Shown in pieces: positions 1 through 8,745 of a DNA stretch of 64,000 nt. The stretch is from assembly GCA_964593365.1 (NCBI GenBank), contig CAZQGQ010000001.1:178384-242383 (forward strand), in the 5' to 3' direction. Position 1 is the first letter of the stretch; each line of letters opens with the position of its first letter. The stretch comes from an uncultured Candidatus Saccharibacteria bacterium (GTDB lineage Bacteria > Patescibacteriota > Minisyncoccia > Phycocordibacterales > Phycocordibacteraceae). Under the pieces are notes generated by a model. It was not told the origin of the DNA. It searched no databases and saw only the letters and a program-made list of their open reading frames with translations. Made by a program: the position numbers and the translations under genes.

Positions 1-1
1 C

Positions 2-460
2 GTGCTTGGTGCCGTCTCCTTCGTGTTCTCACTCGCTGCGCTTGGCATCCTCGCGTACGCAAGCATGCGCATGTATCAGATACGGGAACAGGAGCATCAT
101 GACAACCTTTCCAATCTCGATCCGGTAGAAGCCGAGCACGCGAAAGATCATTCGCGCTGGGCGCATATCCAGACGCTTATCGAGAGCGCTCATGCGCGCG
201 ATTGGCGCGAAGCCATCATGGAAGCGGATATTATGCTCGAGGACATGCTCGTCGAGCGCGGGTATGAAGGAGAGACGACCGCTGAACGCCTGAAGAAAGT
301 AAGCCAGGAGAAATTCAAGACGCTTCCGGAAGCATGGGAAGCGCACAAGGTCCGCAACTCCATCGCGCATGAAGGAATCGCGTACCCGCTTACTGACCAC
401 CTGGCATACCGAACTATCAAGCGCTACGAGGCGGTATTCAAGGAATTCGGAGAAATCTAG
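2..460 (+). CDS. hypothetical membrane-anchored protein (5' partial); contains an R-x4-H (HEPN-like) motif 'RNSIAH'
   Basis: ORF runs to the window edge; N-terminal hydrophobic helix; no family recognised. Confidence 0.4.
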   Translation: MLGAVSFVFSLAALGILAYASMRMYQIREQEHHDNLSNLDPVEAEHAKDHSRWAHIQTLIESAHARDWREAIMEADIMLEDMLVERGYEGETTAERLKKVSQEKFKTLPEAWEAHKVRNSIAHEGIAYPLTDHLAYRTIKRYEAVFKEFGEI

Positions 461-498
461 CTTGCTTTGGGCTCGAAATCCGTTATAGTATCGGCAAT

Positions 499-569
499 AG
501 CGGGGTAGAGGAGAGGTACCTCACGAGGCTCATAACCTCGGGACGCGGGTTCGATTCCCGCCCCCGCAA
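499..569 (+). tRNA. tRNA-Met (anticodon CAU); 1:72 A.A mismatch, possibly initiator-like
   Basis: Cloverleaf folded by hand: acceptor gcgggg/ccccgc, D-stem gagg/cctc, anticodon stem cgagg/cctcg with loop cuCAUaa, T-arm gcggg-ttcgatt-cccgc. No encoded CCA. Ends are +/-2 nt. Confidence 0.65.
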
Positions 570-606
570 CACGATTTAGCGTACGAAACGCCTAAGCATC
601 ACTACT

Positions 607-2277
607 ATGCACACAATCACAAAACAGCTGAGTTTGGTTGCTGCGATAGCGCTGTTTGCTATGCCTCTAGGCGGAGCATACGCCCAAGTAGGAACTGCGT
701 GTCAGGCTCCTACGATCAATCTCTCAAAGGGGAGCACCGACGCGACAACTGGTGGGCAAGTTTCGCGTCTGCAGCGATTCTTGGTTCAGCACGAGAGCGG
801 ATCAAGCGTACTCATTTCCGGCACGTTTGATGCAATTACCGAGTCGGCTCTTAAGCGTTTCCAAACAAAATACGGGATCGCAAACTCAGGTGCTGCAAAC
901 ACAACAGGCTACGGCGCGGTCGGTCCGCTCACTCGCGCCACGATGCAGCGCACATGCGGTGCGTCCATACCGACGACAACGAGCGTCACTCCTTTACGTA
1001 ATCTGACTCCAGAGGTCCAAGTCGAGACAGTAGCCGATAACAAAGTGGTGGGCCGCTATCAGAACCTCCCAGCTAATTCCCAGATCCTATTGATTGATTT
1101 CTACAGCGGGAAGCAAGTTACAGGCTCCGACACGATCTACGTTCGCGCAGGCGGAAGCGGTTCATTTTCTTTTACCATCGATGACGATTGGAATGACGGC
1201 TCAGGAAGCCTGTTTAAGGTACAGGCCATGCCAGCTGGCGCATCGTGGCCGATCCTTGCAGTGAGTAAGAACTTCCAAGACGCCCGTAACGTAAAAAAGA
1301 GCCCTACCTGCACATTCACCTCCAGCTCCTATCAGGTCCAAAGCGGCGAGCGGTTCAAGCTCTCCTGGTCAAGCAAGGGAGCGAAGTTCGTATTCTGGGA
1401 AGGCAAGGAGGAATCGAAGAAGGGAAGCACGTCTTTGATCGAGACCGAGCCTGGCGTCCATCAGTATCACGTCACTGCTCAGGGCGATACGCTCCAAGCA
1501 CTATGCTTCGTACACGTGACGGTGACGGGAACCGGGGGGACAAGTAGCCCGCTTCCTGTAAGTCCTGTTACGACAACGAAGCCGTCAGGATCTTTTAGTA
1601 ACTCGTCCCTTACCGCCTACGTTGAGAATCCCGTTATTTCCGGCGCAGCCAAGGGAGTGACGACAGTCGGCTTCTCGATCGGGAAGGGTGACAAGGTGTA
1701 CGGAAGCGGCGACATCCAAGTCATTAACGGGGTGTGGACGCACCGTGTCGGCACGTCGCTTGCAAACGGCAAATACGACATTACCCTCTCGTACTATGAC
1801 GCAGTCGGAAGGAAGAGCGTGACCCTCAGCAAGGAAACCTTGGTCGTCAGCGCGTACTCGGAAGCAAGGGAAGCAGCCGGGAGCCCGGTCATCGTAAGCG
1901 TCTATGAGAGCTCTTCATCGGACGGGACTATCGTAGTGCGCTTGGAAGGAAACGATCGAACCCTGCCGCAGCCGCTGGTGCTTTCTGCATCGCGTCCGGT
2001 TAAGTGGGTCGTCGAGAATCCAGATGATCTGCCTCTCACAAAGATTATCGTTGTTGAATATAGTGGACGTCAGACCGTGAGCGCACCACAAGGAGTGAAG
2101 ATTGAGTATCTCAACCACAATCCGGACAGCGATGATTCGTATTCGTCTAAGAAAGGGATCCGAGCGGACGATCTCCTTGCTCTGTTGAAACGAAAGTTCG
2201 GGTATGGCGTTAGCGGAGTATTCGAAGAAAAGCGGTCAACCAATTTCATCGAGCTTTACATGGGCATAAAAGGCTAG
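607..2277 (+). CDS. secreted protein with putative peptidoglycan-binding domain (PG_binding_1-like) and repeated Ig/beta-rich region
   Basis: Signal peptide; the segment 'LQRFLVQHESGS..FDAITESALKRFQTKYGI' resembles the PG-binding repeats also seen in the M23 peptidase at 25643-27043. Confidence 0.5.
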   Translation: MHTITKQLSLVAAIALFAMPLGGAYAQVGTACQAPTINLSKGSTDATTGGQVSRLQRFLVQHESGSSVLISGTFDAITESALKRFQTKYGIANSGAANTTGYGAVGPLTRATMQRTCGASIPTTTSVTPLRNLTPEVQVETVADNKVVGRYQNLPANSQILLIDFYSGKQVTGSDTIYVRAGGSGSFSFTIDDDWNDGSGSLFKVQAMPAGASWPILAVSKNFQDARNVKKSPTCTFTSSSYQVQSGERFKLSWSSKGAKFVFWEGKEESKKGSTSLIETEPGVHQYHVTAQGDTLQALCFVHVTVTGTGGTSSPLPVSPVTTTKPSGSFSNSSLTAYVENPVISGAAKGVTTVGFSIGKGDKVYGSGDIQVINGVWTHRVGTSLANGKYDITLSYYDAVGRKSVTLSKETLVVSAYSEAREAAGSPVIVSVYESSSSDGTIVVRLEGNDRTLPQPLVLSASRPVKWVVENPDDLPLTKIIVVEYSGRQTVSAPQGVKIEYLNHNPDSDDSYSSKKGIRADDLLALLKRKFGYGVSGVFEEKRSTNFIELYMGIKG

Positions 2278-2301
2278 CTTCGAGCTGCCTGCCCGATACC
2301 G

Positions 2302-3000
2302 CTAACGCCTTCTGAACGTCTCGATCTCTCGGATCGAGCGGTTGCGGTGAATCAGTTCGTCGTTACGAACTGTTTCAAAGAATTCGTATTCGCTTTTCAC
2401 CTCTCGTCCGTAAAAGGCGAGGAAGTCGGAGACGACGGGGTTTTTCTTCAGGTGCTCCTCATTCCGGTTTATGAACTCCTGGTACTGCTTGAACGCATGG
2501 CGCTCGAACAGGTAATTCAGTTCGAGCGATGCCCGATGCGAGAGCATATAGAGGAAGTAGATAATCCAAAAGTAGATGAGCGCGAACAAGAGCGGTACGA
2601 GCGTGTATTTCACGAACCCGACGCGACCATGCTTCTTTGCAAGGTGCGACATCAAGACGACGTGCATGGTCTCGTTGTCCTGGGCTGCGCGCGTGAATGC
2701 GGTTGTCTTCGTAAGACGCATCGCGTGGTCCTCATCCCCATGGAATGCGGAGAGAAGGGTGTAGCTTGCCACCTCCCATGACTGGTACGGAATACGAGCG
2801 ACTACCTCTAGCGCCTTGAATTTTCCATACGAAGGCCGGCGTCCGAAGAGAAGGTTCCCGAAAGTCATCAGTATCCAGCCAAGTACGGCCGGAACGACGC
2901 CTACCTTGTAGTGGTCGTAGGGCTTTGCGTACTCCTCGCGGAGCTTCGGGTCCATGAGCTCTCGCACCAGGTCCTCATGCGACTGAAAATCCTCTGTCAT
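2302..3000 (-). CDS. alternative oxidase (AOX/PTOX) family di-iron carboxylate protein
   Basis: Motifs NETMHVVLM (cf. NERMHLM), LELNYLFERHAF (cf. LEEEAxHSY) and RNDELIHRN (cf. RADEAHHRD) match the four-helix di-iron ligand pattern of AOX. Confidence 0.55.
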   Translation of the reverse strand: MTEDFQSHEDLVRELMDPKLREEYAKPYDHYKVGVVPAVLGWILMTFGNLLFGRRPSYGKFKALEVVARIPYQSWEVASYTLLSAFHGDEDHAMRLTKTTAFTRAAQDNETMHVVLMSHLAKKHGRVGFVKYTLVPLLFALIYFWIIYFLYMLSHRASLELNYLFERHAFKQYQEFINRNEEHLKKNPVVSDFLAFYGREVKSEYEFFETVRNDELIHRNRSIREIETFRRR

Positions 3001-3065
3001 GATCGCTACTGTAGCATGCTCGCGCTCTGGAATTAGATTGGTTTTGCCGTATAGTACCCAAGATT

Positions 3066-3785
3066 ATGCAGGTAGTTATTCTCGCCGCAGGACGCGGAAC
3101 GCGCATGAAGGACCTCACCGTGGAGCTTCCAAAGCCCATGCTCCTTGTCGCTGGCAAAACCCTCCTTGAGCGCAAGTTCAACGAGCTTCCGCCTGAGGTA
3201 AGTGAGGTCATTATGGTAATCGGCTACCAAGGGGATAAGATCCGTGAGTACTTCGGTGATAGCTTGAACGGGACTGCTATCCGCTACGTCGAGCAGGAGA
3301 CCTTGGACGGGACCGGAGGTGCGCTCTGGAAAGCACGTCCACTATTGAAGGGTCGTTTCCTCGTCATGATGGGGGATGACCTGTATTCCCGAGAAGACAT
3401 CGACAAATGCATCGCAACTCCAGGCTGGGTGATCGGCGTCGAGGAGCGCGAATCCCTTTCAAGCGGCGGCTGCATCATCACTAACGCAGATGGGACTATC
3501 GCGGACATACAGGAAGGCAATCACGGAGGCGCTCCGGGCTTTATAAGCACGAACCTCTTCGCGCTTGATATGAGCGTGTTCGACTATCCTCTTGTGCCAA
3601 AGAGCGCAGGAAGCGATGAGTACGGATTGCCGCAAAGCGTGCTCGCGGCTTCTAAGAGCGGTTCCGTCCCTTTTACTGCAGTTATCGCAACCGGCTGGTT
3701 CCAGGTGACCGATCCCGATGACCTCACCAAAGCGGAGGAATGGCTTGCTTCCCGAGGAGCGGTTGAAGGAGAGGCTAAGAAATAG
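3066..3785 (+). CDS. sugar-phosphate nucleotidyltransferase (NTP_transferase family)
   Basis: N-terminal 'VILAAGRGTRM' G-x-G-T-R motif and 'GGALW' typical of sugar-1-phosphate nucleotidylyltransferases. Confidence 0.7.
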   Translation: MQVVILAAGRGTRMKDLTVELPKPMLLVAGKTLLERKFNELPPEVSEVIMVIGYQGDKIREYFGDSLNGTAIRYVEQETLDGTGGALWKARPLLKGRFLVMMGDDLYSREDIDKCIATPGWVIGVEERESLSSGGCIITNADGTIADIQEGNHGGAPGFISTNLFALDMSVFDYPLVPKSAGSDEYGLPQSVLAASKSGSVPFTAVIATGWFQVTDPDDLTKAEEWLASRGAVEGEAKK

Positions 3786-3800
3786 TAAGGTGTTCTCACT

Positions 3801-3874
3801 GCTGGTGTAGCTCAGGTAGTTAGAGCATAGGACTCATAAACCTAAGGTCGCAGGTGCAAGTCCTGCCACCAGCA
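3801..3874 (+). tRNA. tRNA with CAU anticodon (Ile2/lysidine-type or elongator Met)
   Basis: Acceptor gctggtg/caccagc, D-arm gctc..gagc, anticodon loop cuCAUaa, T-arm gcagg-tgcaagt-cctgc (resembles the tRNA-Ile2 UUCAAGU T-loop). A.A mismatch at 31:39. Confidence 0.6.
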
Positions 3875-3893
3875 CACTGTTATACTCGCTCGT

Positions 3894-4145
3894 ATGGATG
3901 CAACCACCTTTATAGGTGTCCTTGGGGCGGGGATTCTCCTTATCGCGTTTATCGCGAACGAGACAGGGAAGCTCAGGGCTGAGACCTTCGCCTATGACCT
4001 CCTGAACCTCGTCGGGGCGGCTCTCTTGGTCTGGTACGCCCTTCTGCTTGAGTCCATCCCGTTCCTCATCCTTGAGGGCATCTGGGCCCTGGTTGCATTC
4101 CGGGACGTCTTCACGAAGCTTGCCGTACGGGGAAAAAACGGCTAA
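3894..4145 (+). CDS. small hypothetical membrane protein (2-3 TM)
   Basis: 83-aa hydrophobic ORF between two tRNAs. Confidence 0.4.
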   Translation: MDATTFIGVLGAGILLIAFIANETGKLRAETFAYDLLNLVGAALLVWYALLLESIPFLILEGIWALVAFRDVFTKLAVRGKNG

Positions 4146-4168
4146 AGTGCTCTTTGTTCGAAACGTTT

Positions 4169-4242
4169 GCGGTCGTAGCTCAACTGGTTAGAGCACCCGC
4201 CTGTCACGCGGGAGGTTGCGAGTTCAAGTCTCGTCGACCGCG
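4169..4242 (+). tRNA. tRNA-Asp (GUC)
   Basis: Acceptor gcggtcg/cgaccgc, anticodon stem-loop cccgc-cuGUCac-gcggg, T-arm cgagttcaagtctcg. Confidence 0.85.
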
Positions 4243-4246
4243 CAAA

Positions 4247-4290
4247 GCACAAAGCCACCCGAAAGGGTGGCTTTGTGCGTGTATACTTTT
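4247..4290 (+). terminator. perfect 14-bp hairpin (GCACAAAGCCACCC-gaaa-GGGTGGCTTTGTGC) plus U-tract; copy 1 of a ~45 nt direct repeat
   Basis: Inverted repeat read directly; a near-identical copy lies at 5071-5119. Confidence 0.6.
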
Positions 4291-4332
4291 CACATGCCTC
4301 CAGAAACTGTCTTCGCGCCTCGAAGCTCTGTA

Positions 4333-4986
4333 ATGATGCGAATCAGTATCTTCGTAGCACTGCTACTCACTTTTTTTGTTGGATGTATTGGAACCTACTT
4401 TATCCTCACTTCGCGCACCACGGAGGAGGTATCTATACCAACAAATACTGAAGATGGGCGTGTGTGGGTTACGTATTCGTCCATAGTAACTGCAACAACG
4501 ACCACACATGTCTCGGCAAATGGAGAGCCATACTCAATAGCACATTCTGCAGGCTTTAGTATTGCAGTGCCTGTAAGGGAGGCCTACGAAGCTGCCCTTG
4601 AAAGCTATCCCTTTCAAACCTCAATTGAAGTTCAGGATTCAGCGGTAACTTTCAGGGCTCCTGTAGGAACTACAGATTCCGAGTACAACACCTTTATTGC
4701 CCTATATCTTGAGAGAAATGATACGAGCGACTATACAACTCAGGAAAGTTGCGTTATGTGTCAATCCTATGTGAAGGAAGTAAATACTCAGGGAGTTACG
4801 TACTATCGTTATGGCGAGTATCGACGTGGCTTGAATGCACAATATCAGTTTCCAAACATAGATGATGCGGCCACGACGCTTCAGATAACGATTAATTCGC
4901 ATAAGGACTATACCGACGAAGAGATACTAAGAATTTTAAATAGCGTCAAGAAGATAACAGAGACTCAATCTCTTACTCACGACTAG
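4333..4986 (+). CDS. hypothetical N-anchored/secreted protein encoded in a low-GC cassette
   Basis: The ORF annotated from 4216 overlaps tRNA-Asp, so the start is moved to ATG 4333 (MMRISIFVALLL signal/TM). Composition is visibly AT-richer than the flanks. Confidence 0.5.
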   Translation: MMRISIFVALLLTFFVGCIGTYFILTSRTTEEVSIPTNTEDGRVWVTYSSIVTATTTTHVSANGEPYSIAHSAGFSIAVPVREAYEAALESYPFQTSIEVQDSAVTFRAPVGTTDSEYNTFIALYLERNDTSDYTTQESCVMCQSYVKEVNTQGVTYYRYGEYRRGLNAQYQFPNIDDAATTLQITINSHKDYTDEEILRILNSVKKITETQSLTHD

Positions 4987-5070
4987 TAAATTTCACAATT
5001 AGAGACTCTAGAGATAAGTGTCTCCGTGCTTTACAGCTCTAAATCTTAATTCCAACAACGTCCACTAGCT

Positions 5071-5119
5071 CGCGCAAAGTACAAGGCCATCTGAAAGGGT
5101 GGCTTTGTGCGTTATATAC
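5071..5119 (+). repeat. copy 2 of the ~45 nt direct repeat, with an imperfect hairpin (GGGTGGCTTTGTGC 3' arm conserved)
   Basis: 'cgcgcaaagtacaaggccatctgaaagggtggctttgtgcgttatatac' vs 4241-4283 'cgcaaagcacaaagccacccgaaagggtggctttgtgcgtgtatac'. Confidence 0.6.
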
Positions 5120-5127
5120 TCTCAAGC

Positions 5128-5631
5128 ATGACCACCAACCGTCGAAGCCTCTTTTTTGCTTTGGTTCTTATTGCCGTTGTCGTGCTCGGTATCTGGTATC
5201 TTACGAGCGTAAAGAGCGGAGAAGTGCCTGAAGAGACGTGGACGCATGAATATATTCCCTACCCTCACCCTCAATTCGTTCCGCAGTGGCCAAACGAGTT
5301 CCATAATGGTCTCGTCATATCGCCTCAGTCAGCATCAAGCGTAAAGGCGGACCAAGCGTATCTGGAGAGTCCCGGTTTTATTGTCGTGCATCGCGTAGTT
5401 CGGGATTCTCCTGAAGAAGTGTTAGGCGTAAGTTCGTATCTTGCTAATGGCCTTCATAAGGACGTGCCGCTTAATGCTTCTCTTGAGGCAAACTCAATCT
5501 ATTTCGCTTTTCTCTACGCGGATGACGGAGACAGGGTCTTTGACATTACCAAAGACGCAAGACTTAAGTTCTACGACGCGCCGAACAAGACATACCCTGA
5601 AAACCGGGTCGCTCAGTTTGAGACCCTATAA
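5128..5631 (+). CDS. hypothetical N-anchored protein
   Basis: Start moved to ATG 5128 (MTTNRRSLFFALVLIAVVVL TM helix); no known domain. Confidence 0.45.
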   Translation: MTTNRRSLFFALVLIAVVVLGIWYLTSVKSGEVPEETWTHEYIPYPHPQFVPQWPNEFHNGLVISPQSASSVKADQAYLESPGFIVVHRVVRDSPEEVLGVSSYLANGLHKDVPLNASLEANSIYFAFLYADDGDRVFDITKDARLKFYDAPNKTYPENRVAQFETL

Positions 5632-5634
5632 AGA

Positions 5635-6102
5635 TTAGGATGAGGTGCGGTTACTCACGAGAATAAACACGATTGCCAAGACCACGCCAAGAAGGCAGCC
5701 TGCGGCTACCTGAAGTGGCGTATGGACGCCAAGATCGATACGACTCAAACAGATGGCAATCGCTGCAATCGCGCAGGCGCCATAGATTACATGCCGTAGG
5801 GGTTTCTGCATATTCCGTGCGAGGTAGCAAAGCGCAAGCGCAAGGAATACAGATCCGGATGCATGTCCGCTCGGGAACGCATAGCCGGCGGCTTCAATAA
5901 GCGCGTCGTTTGGACGAGGGATACGGAGGGTTTCCTTCAGAATTTGCGTCGAGAGCATGAGACCGAGTGCGCTCATTGCGAAGCAAAACGCCCGTAGCGG
6001 ATTTCGTTTCGATATAAGCCATATAACAATGAGCGCTACAGCGACCAGAAAGCCTTCGGTGCTCGCGATCTTCGTGAAGAGAAATAGGTAGAGAGAATCC
6101 AT
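5635..6102 (-). CDS. PAP2-family phosphatase (phosphatidic acid / undecaprenyl-diphosphate phosphatase-like)
   Basis: PAP2 motifs 'FPSGHAS' and 'SRIDLGVHTPLQV' (SRxxxxxHxxxD) in a multi-TM protein. Confidence 0.8.
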   Translation of the reverse strand: MDSLYLFLFTKIASTEGFLVAVALIVIWLISKRNPLRAFCFAMSALGLMLSTQILKETLRIPRPNDALIEAAGYAFPSGHASGSVFLALALCYLARNMQKPLRHVIYGACAIAAIAICLSRIDLGVHTPLQVAAGCLLGVVLAIVFILVSNRTSS

Positions 6103-6188
6103 GTGTCATCTATTCTAACCTGCGTAGAAATTAACGCGCCTAGGTAAGGTGTTTTCCCATCAGTAGAACTTGGTATACTGCCACCACC

Positions 6189-6893
6189 ATGCCTCCGAAT
6201 GAGAGCTTTGCTGCGCTTCGAAGCAAAAACACAGCGCCGGCATTTCATACGCGCTTCGAAAAGGCGTTTACGTTTATCAAGGGACATGTTGAGGAGCCTG
6301 GAGAGCCGCGTTTGTTCCGTAAAGTGAATATCTCCAAGTTCGACGTCATTCCGCTTGGAGTGCCGGAACGAATGCAGATGCTCATCGATGAATGCGAGAT
6401 ATATCTCGCGATGCCTATGTGGACCGATAAGTTCGGCACGAACCATCATCGAGTGGAAGACGAGGGCGAGCCTGGACGGCGTGATTGGCGCAACGATCCC
6501 GCATCCATTGCCGAATACGGCGCTGACGTCATGAAGGTGCTAAGCGAAGAGAACCGCCTCATGGTCAACAATATGACCAACATCCAGATAGCCGCACGAG
6601 GCCTCTGGAACGCGATGAATAGCACCATAATCGAATCCCCGGACATTGACCGACTCAAAGCCTCCGTCGAGGCTCTCTATCGCGCGTTCGGGGAGCGCGT
6701 TATGACAGAAGAAGAGACCAAAGGCATGACCGACAGGGTTAAGAAGTACATGCGCGAGCAGGTTTTTACTCTCTTCATGACCAAGTACAAAGACTGGCCG
6801 AATCTTGCTGAGGACGGGATAAACGGGAAAGTTCCGTTCGTAAAGGAGTTCAGCGCGAAGCTGCGCGAGTACTTAGACGTCGCTAGCAGCTAG
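6189..6893 (+). CDS. hypothetical protein
   Basis: 234-aa soluble ORF; no family recognised. Confidence 0.4.
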   Translation: MPPNESFAALRSKNTAPAFHTRFEKAFTFIKGHVEEPGEPRLFRKVNISKFDVIPLGVPERMQMLIDECEIYLAMPMWTDKFGTNHHRVEDEGEPGRRDWRNDPASIAEYGADVMKVLSEENRLMVNNMTNIQIAARGLWNAMNSTIIESPDIDRLKASVEALYRAFGERVMTEEETKGMTDRVKKYMREQVFTLFMTKYKDWPNLAEDGINGKVPFVKEFSAKLREYLDVASS

Positions 6894-8053
6894 CGCGTAT
6901 CCTTGAGCCAAAGAGAAGGCAAAAGCCCGAGAAGCATCACGACGCCAAGCGCGATAAAAAGGTACTGAAGCGGGAACGCGAACAGGAAGAGGACGCCGAG
7001 CAGGGGACCGATGATGTAGGCGATAGGCCGGAGCATCCGGTACGCGCTCACTTCGCCCGAGTCTCCGCCGTGCACGTGCTTGAAGAAATACGCTTCGCTC
7101 CCGATATCAAGGAGCGCGGCCCCGACGCGTGTACCAAAGAGTGCGAGTGCCCATACCCAGACGCTCGTAGCGGTAATAAGAGCAAGTGCCGCTACTGCAA
7201 TTGCAGAGAGCACGAAGCCTGTAAGCAGCACCTCCTGTTCGCCCCAGGCAGAGTCCTCAAGGCGACCCACAGGAATCTCAAGCACGAGGAAAGGGATGAG
7301 CATCACCGCAAAGACGATCGCCATATGCTCAAGCGGCATGCCGATGTACTCGTGGAGATAGAGAGGGACATACACGACCATGACCGAATAAAAGATCTGC
7401 AGCAGGAACTGCACGCAAAAGATGCTCTGGAGATCCTTAGAAGCAGAGACCTTTCGGAAGACTGCGGGCCAGTCGGGGCGCTCGTACTCTGCGTCCTGGA
7501 ACTCTCGAAGAAGCCTTCCAGAAATGATCGCAAGCGCGAAGAGCATCAGGGAGCCAACCAGATACACGAATGAGAACGCGCCATTTGCAAGAAGCACGAT
7601 CAGAAGGATCTGCGCCGCTGCCAGTCCTCCGTTGACGAGCGTCACGTACATGCCGCGACGCCCGCCCGTCTTATGGATGTCGCCTGAAACGGTTGCAAGG
7701 AAGATATCGATTAGCACGTAGAGGCTCACCGAAAGCCCGATCGCCGCTGAAAGCAATAACGCGGAGACCAGTGGGATAGTACTCACTGCTACTGCAAAAA
7801 AGAGCGCTCCTGCAGCAACGAAGCCCATGACAAGCAGGTGCCGGTCTCCGAACATGCGAAGCGCGAACGGGACAAGGAGCATGAGAGCAAGCGCGACAGC
7901 GTAGCCCAAGGCTGAGATCATGCCGACGCCCTGGTCGGTAAACCCAAGCTCATCCAGATAGGATGAGTTCAGGAAGATAATGAGCCCGTACTGAAGGCTG
8001 TAGAGAAAGGAAAGTATGAAAATGTTCCTGCGAAGGACGCTTGCAACAGTCAT
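6890..8053 (-). CDS. MFS-type transporter (12 TM)
   Basis: Hydropathy pattern of ~12 TM helices with MFS-like loops; 4-nt overlap with the convergent upstream gene. Confidence 0.65.
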   Translation of the reverse strand: MTVASVLRRNIFILSFLYSLQYGLIIFLNSSYLDELGFTDQGVGMISALGYAVALALMLLVPFALRMFGDRHLLVMGFVAAGALFFAVAVSTIPLVSALLLSAAIGLSVSLYVLIDIFLATVSGDIHKTGGRRGMYVTLVNGGLAAAQILLIVLLANGAFSFVYLVGSLMLFALAIISGRLLREFQDAEYERPDWPAVFRKVSASKDLQSIFCVQFLLQIFYSVMVVYVPLYLHEYIGMPLEHMAIVFAVMLIPFLVLEIPVGRLEDSAWGEQEVLLTGFVLSAIAVAALALITATSVWVWALALFGTRVGAALLDIGSEAYFFKHVHGGDSGEVSAYRMLRPIAYIIGPLLGVLFLFAFPLQYLFIALGVVMLLGLLPSLWLKDTR

Positions 8054-8096
8054 GACTCTCCTTATTCTAGCACCTGACTTCCGCTACTTCTGCGTG

Positions 8097-8462
8097 CTAC
8101 TGGCCGCTACCTTCTTTGCGGATAGCATCGAACTCGCGTTCAAACGTATCGATGACCTCGTCGCTGCCGTCCTCGATATCGATGAGCTGGTTTCGCGCTG
8201 AGTCGATAGCCTTGATGAGCTCGTCGAGCTTGAGGTGCACGGCATGCGCATCGCGGTTCTGGGTGTTCTGAATGAGGAACACCATGAGGAAGGTAAGGAT
8301 TGTCGTACCTGTGTTCACCATGAGCTGCCAGGTGGTAGAGAAATGGAACACGGGTCCCAAGACTGCCCAGAGCACAATGAGTGAAAAGGCGACGACAAAC
8401 GCCCACGGGGATCCGGTAACGCCGCTCGTCCAGTGAGCTACTCTTCGAAATAGGTCATGCAT
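8097..8462 (-). CDS. small membrane protein of the low-affinity iron permease (Fet4-like) / DUF1003-type family
   Basis: 'TGTTILTFLMVFLIQNTQNRDAHAVHLKLDELI' resembles the conserved core of these small bacterial permease-like proteins. Confidence 0.45.
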   Translation of the reverse strand: MHDLFRRVAHWTSGVTGSPWAFVVAFSLIVLWAVLGPVFHFSTTWQLMVNTGTTILTFLMVFLIQNTQNRDAHAVHLKLDELIKAIDSARNQLIDIEDGSDEVIDTFEREFDAIRKEGSGQ

Positions 8463-8567
8463 ATGCCCACATCATACCAGCTTCATAAGAGAGAGGGCCT
8501 GTTATCCGACCGAGCAAAAGATTGAAATAACCCCGTAAATTGGTTAGGATTCCCAAGTTCGCATCTA

Positions 8568-8642
8568 GCCGATGTAGCTCAGGGGTAGAGCAACTCCATG
8601 GTAAGGAGTAGGTCGGCGGTTCAATTCCGCCCATCGGCTCCA
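8568..8642 (+). tRNA. tRNA-Thr (GGU), CCA encoded
   Basis: Acceptor gccgatg/catcggc, anticodon stem-loop actcc-auGGUaa-ggagt, T-arm ggcggttcaattccgcc, 3' CCA. Confidence 0.8.
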
Positions 8643-8666
8643 GGACATGGTCACCCGTGTCTGTGC

Positions 8667-8742
8667 GCCATCGTAGCTCAGTTGGTAGAGCATCTCACTC
8701 GTAACGAGAAGGTCGCCGGTTCAATCCCGGCCGATGGCTCCA
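8667..8742 (+). tRNA. tRNA-Thr (CGU), CCA encoded
   Basis: Acceptor gccatcg/cgatggc, anticodon loop cuCGUaa, T-arm gccggttcaatcccggc, 3' CCA. Confidence 0.75.
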
Positions 8743-8745
8743 AAC

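Noticed and set aside
2347-2781. + strand ORFs inside the AOX-like gene
   Set aside because: They are antisense to a gene with conserved di-iron motifs and have no independent support.
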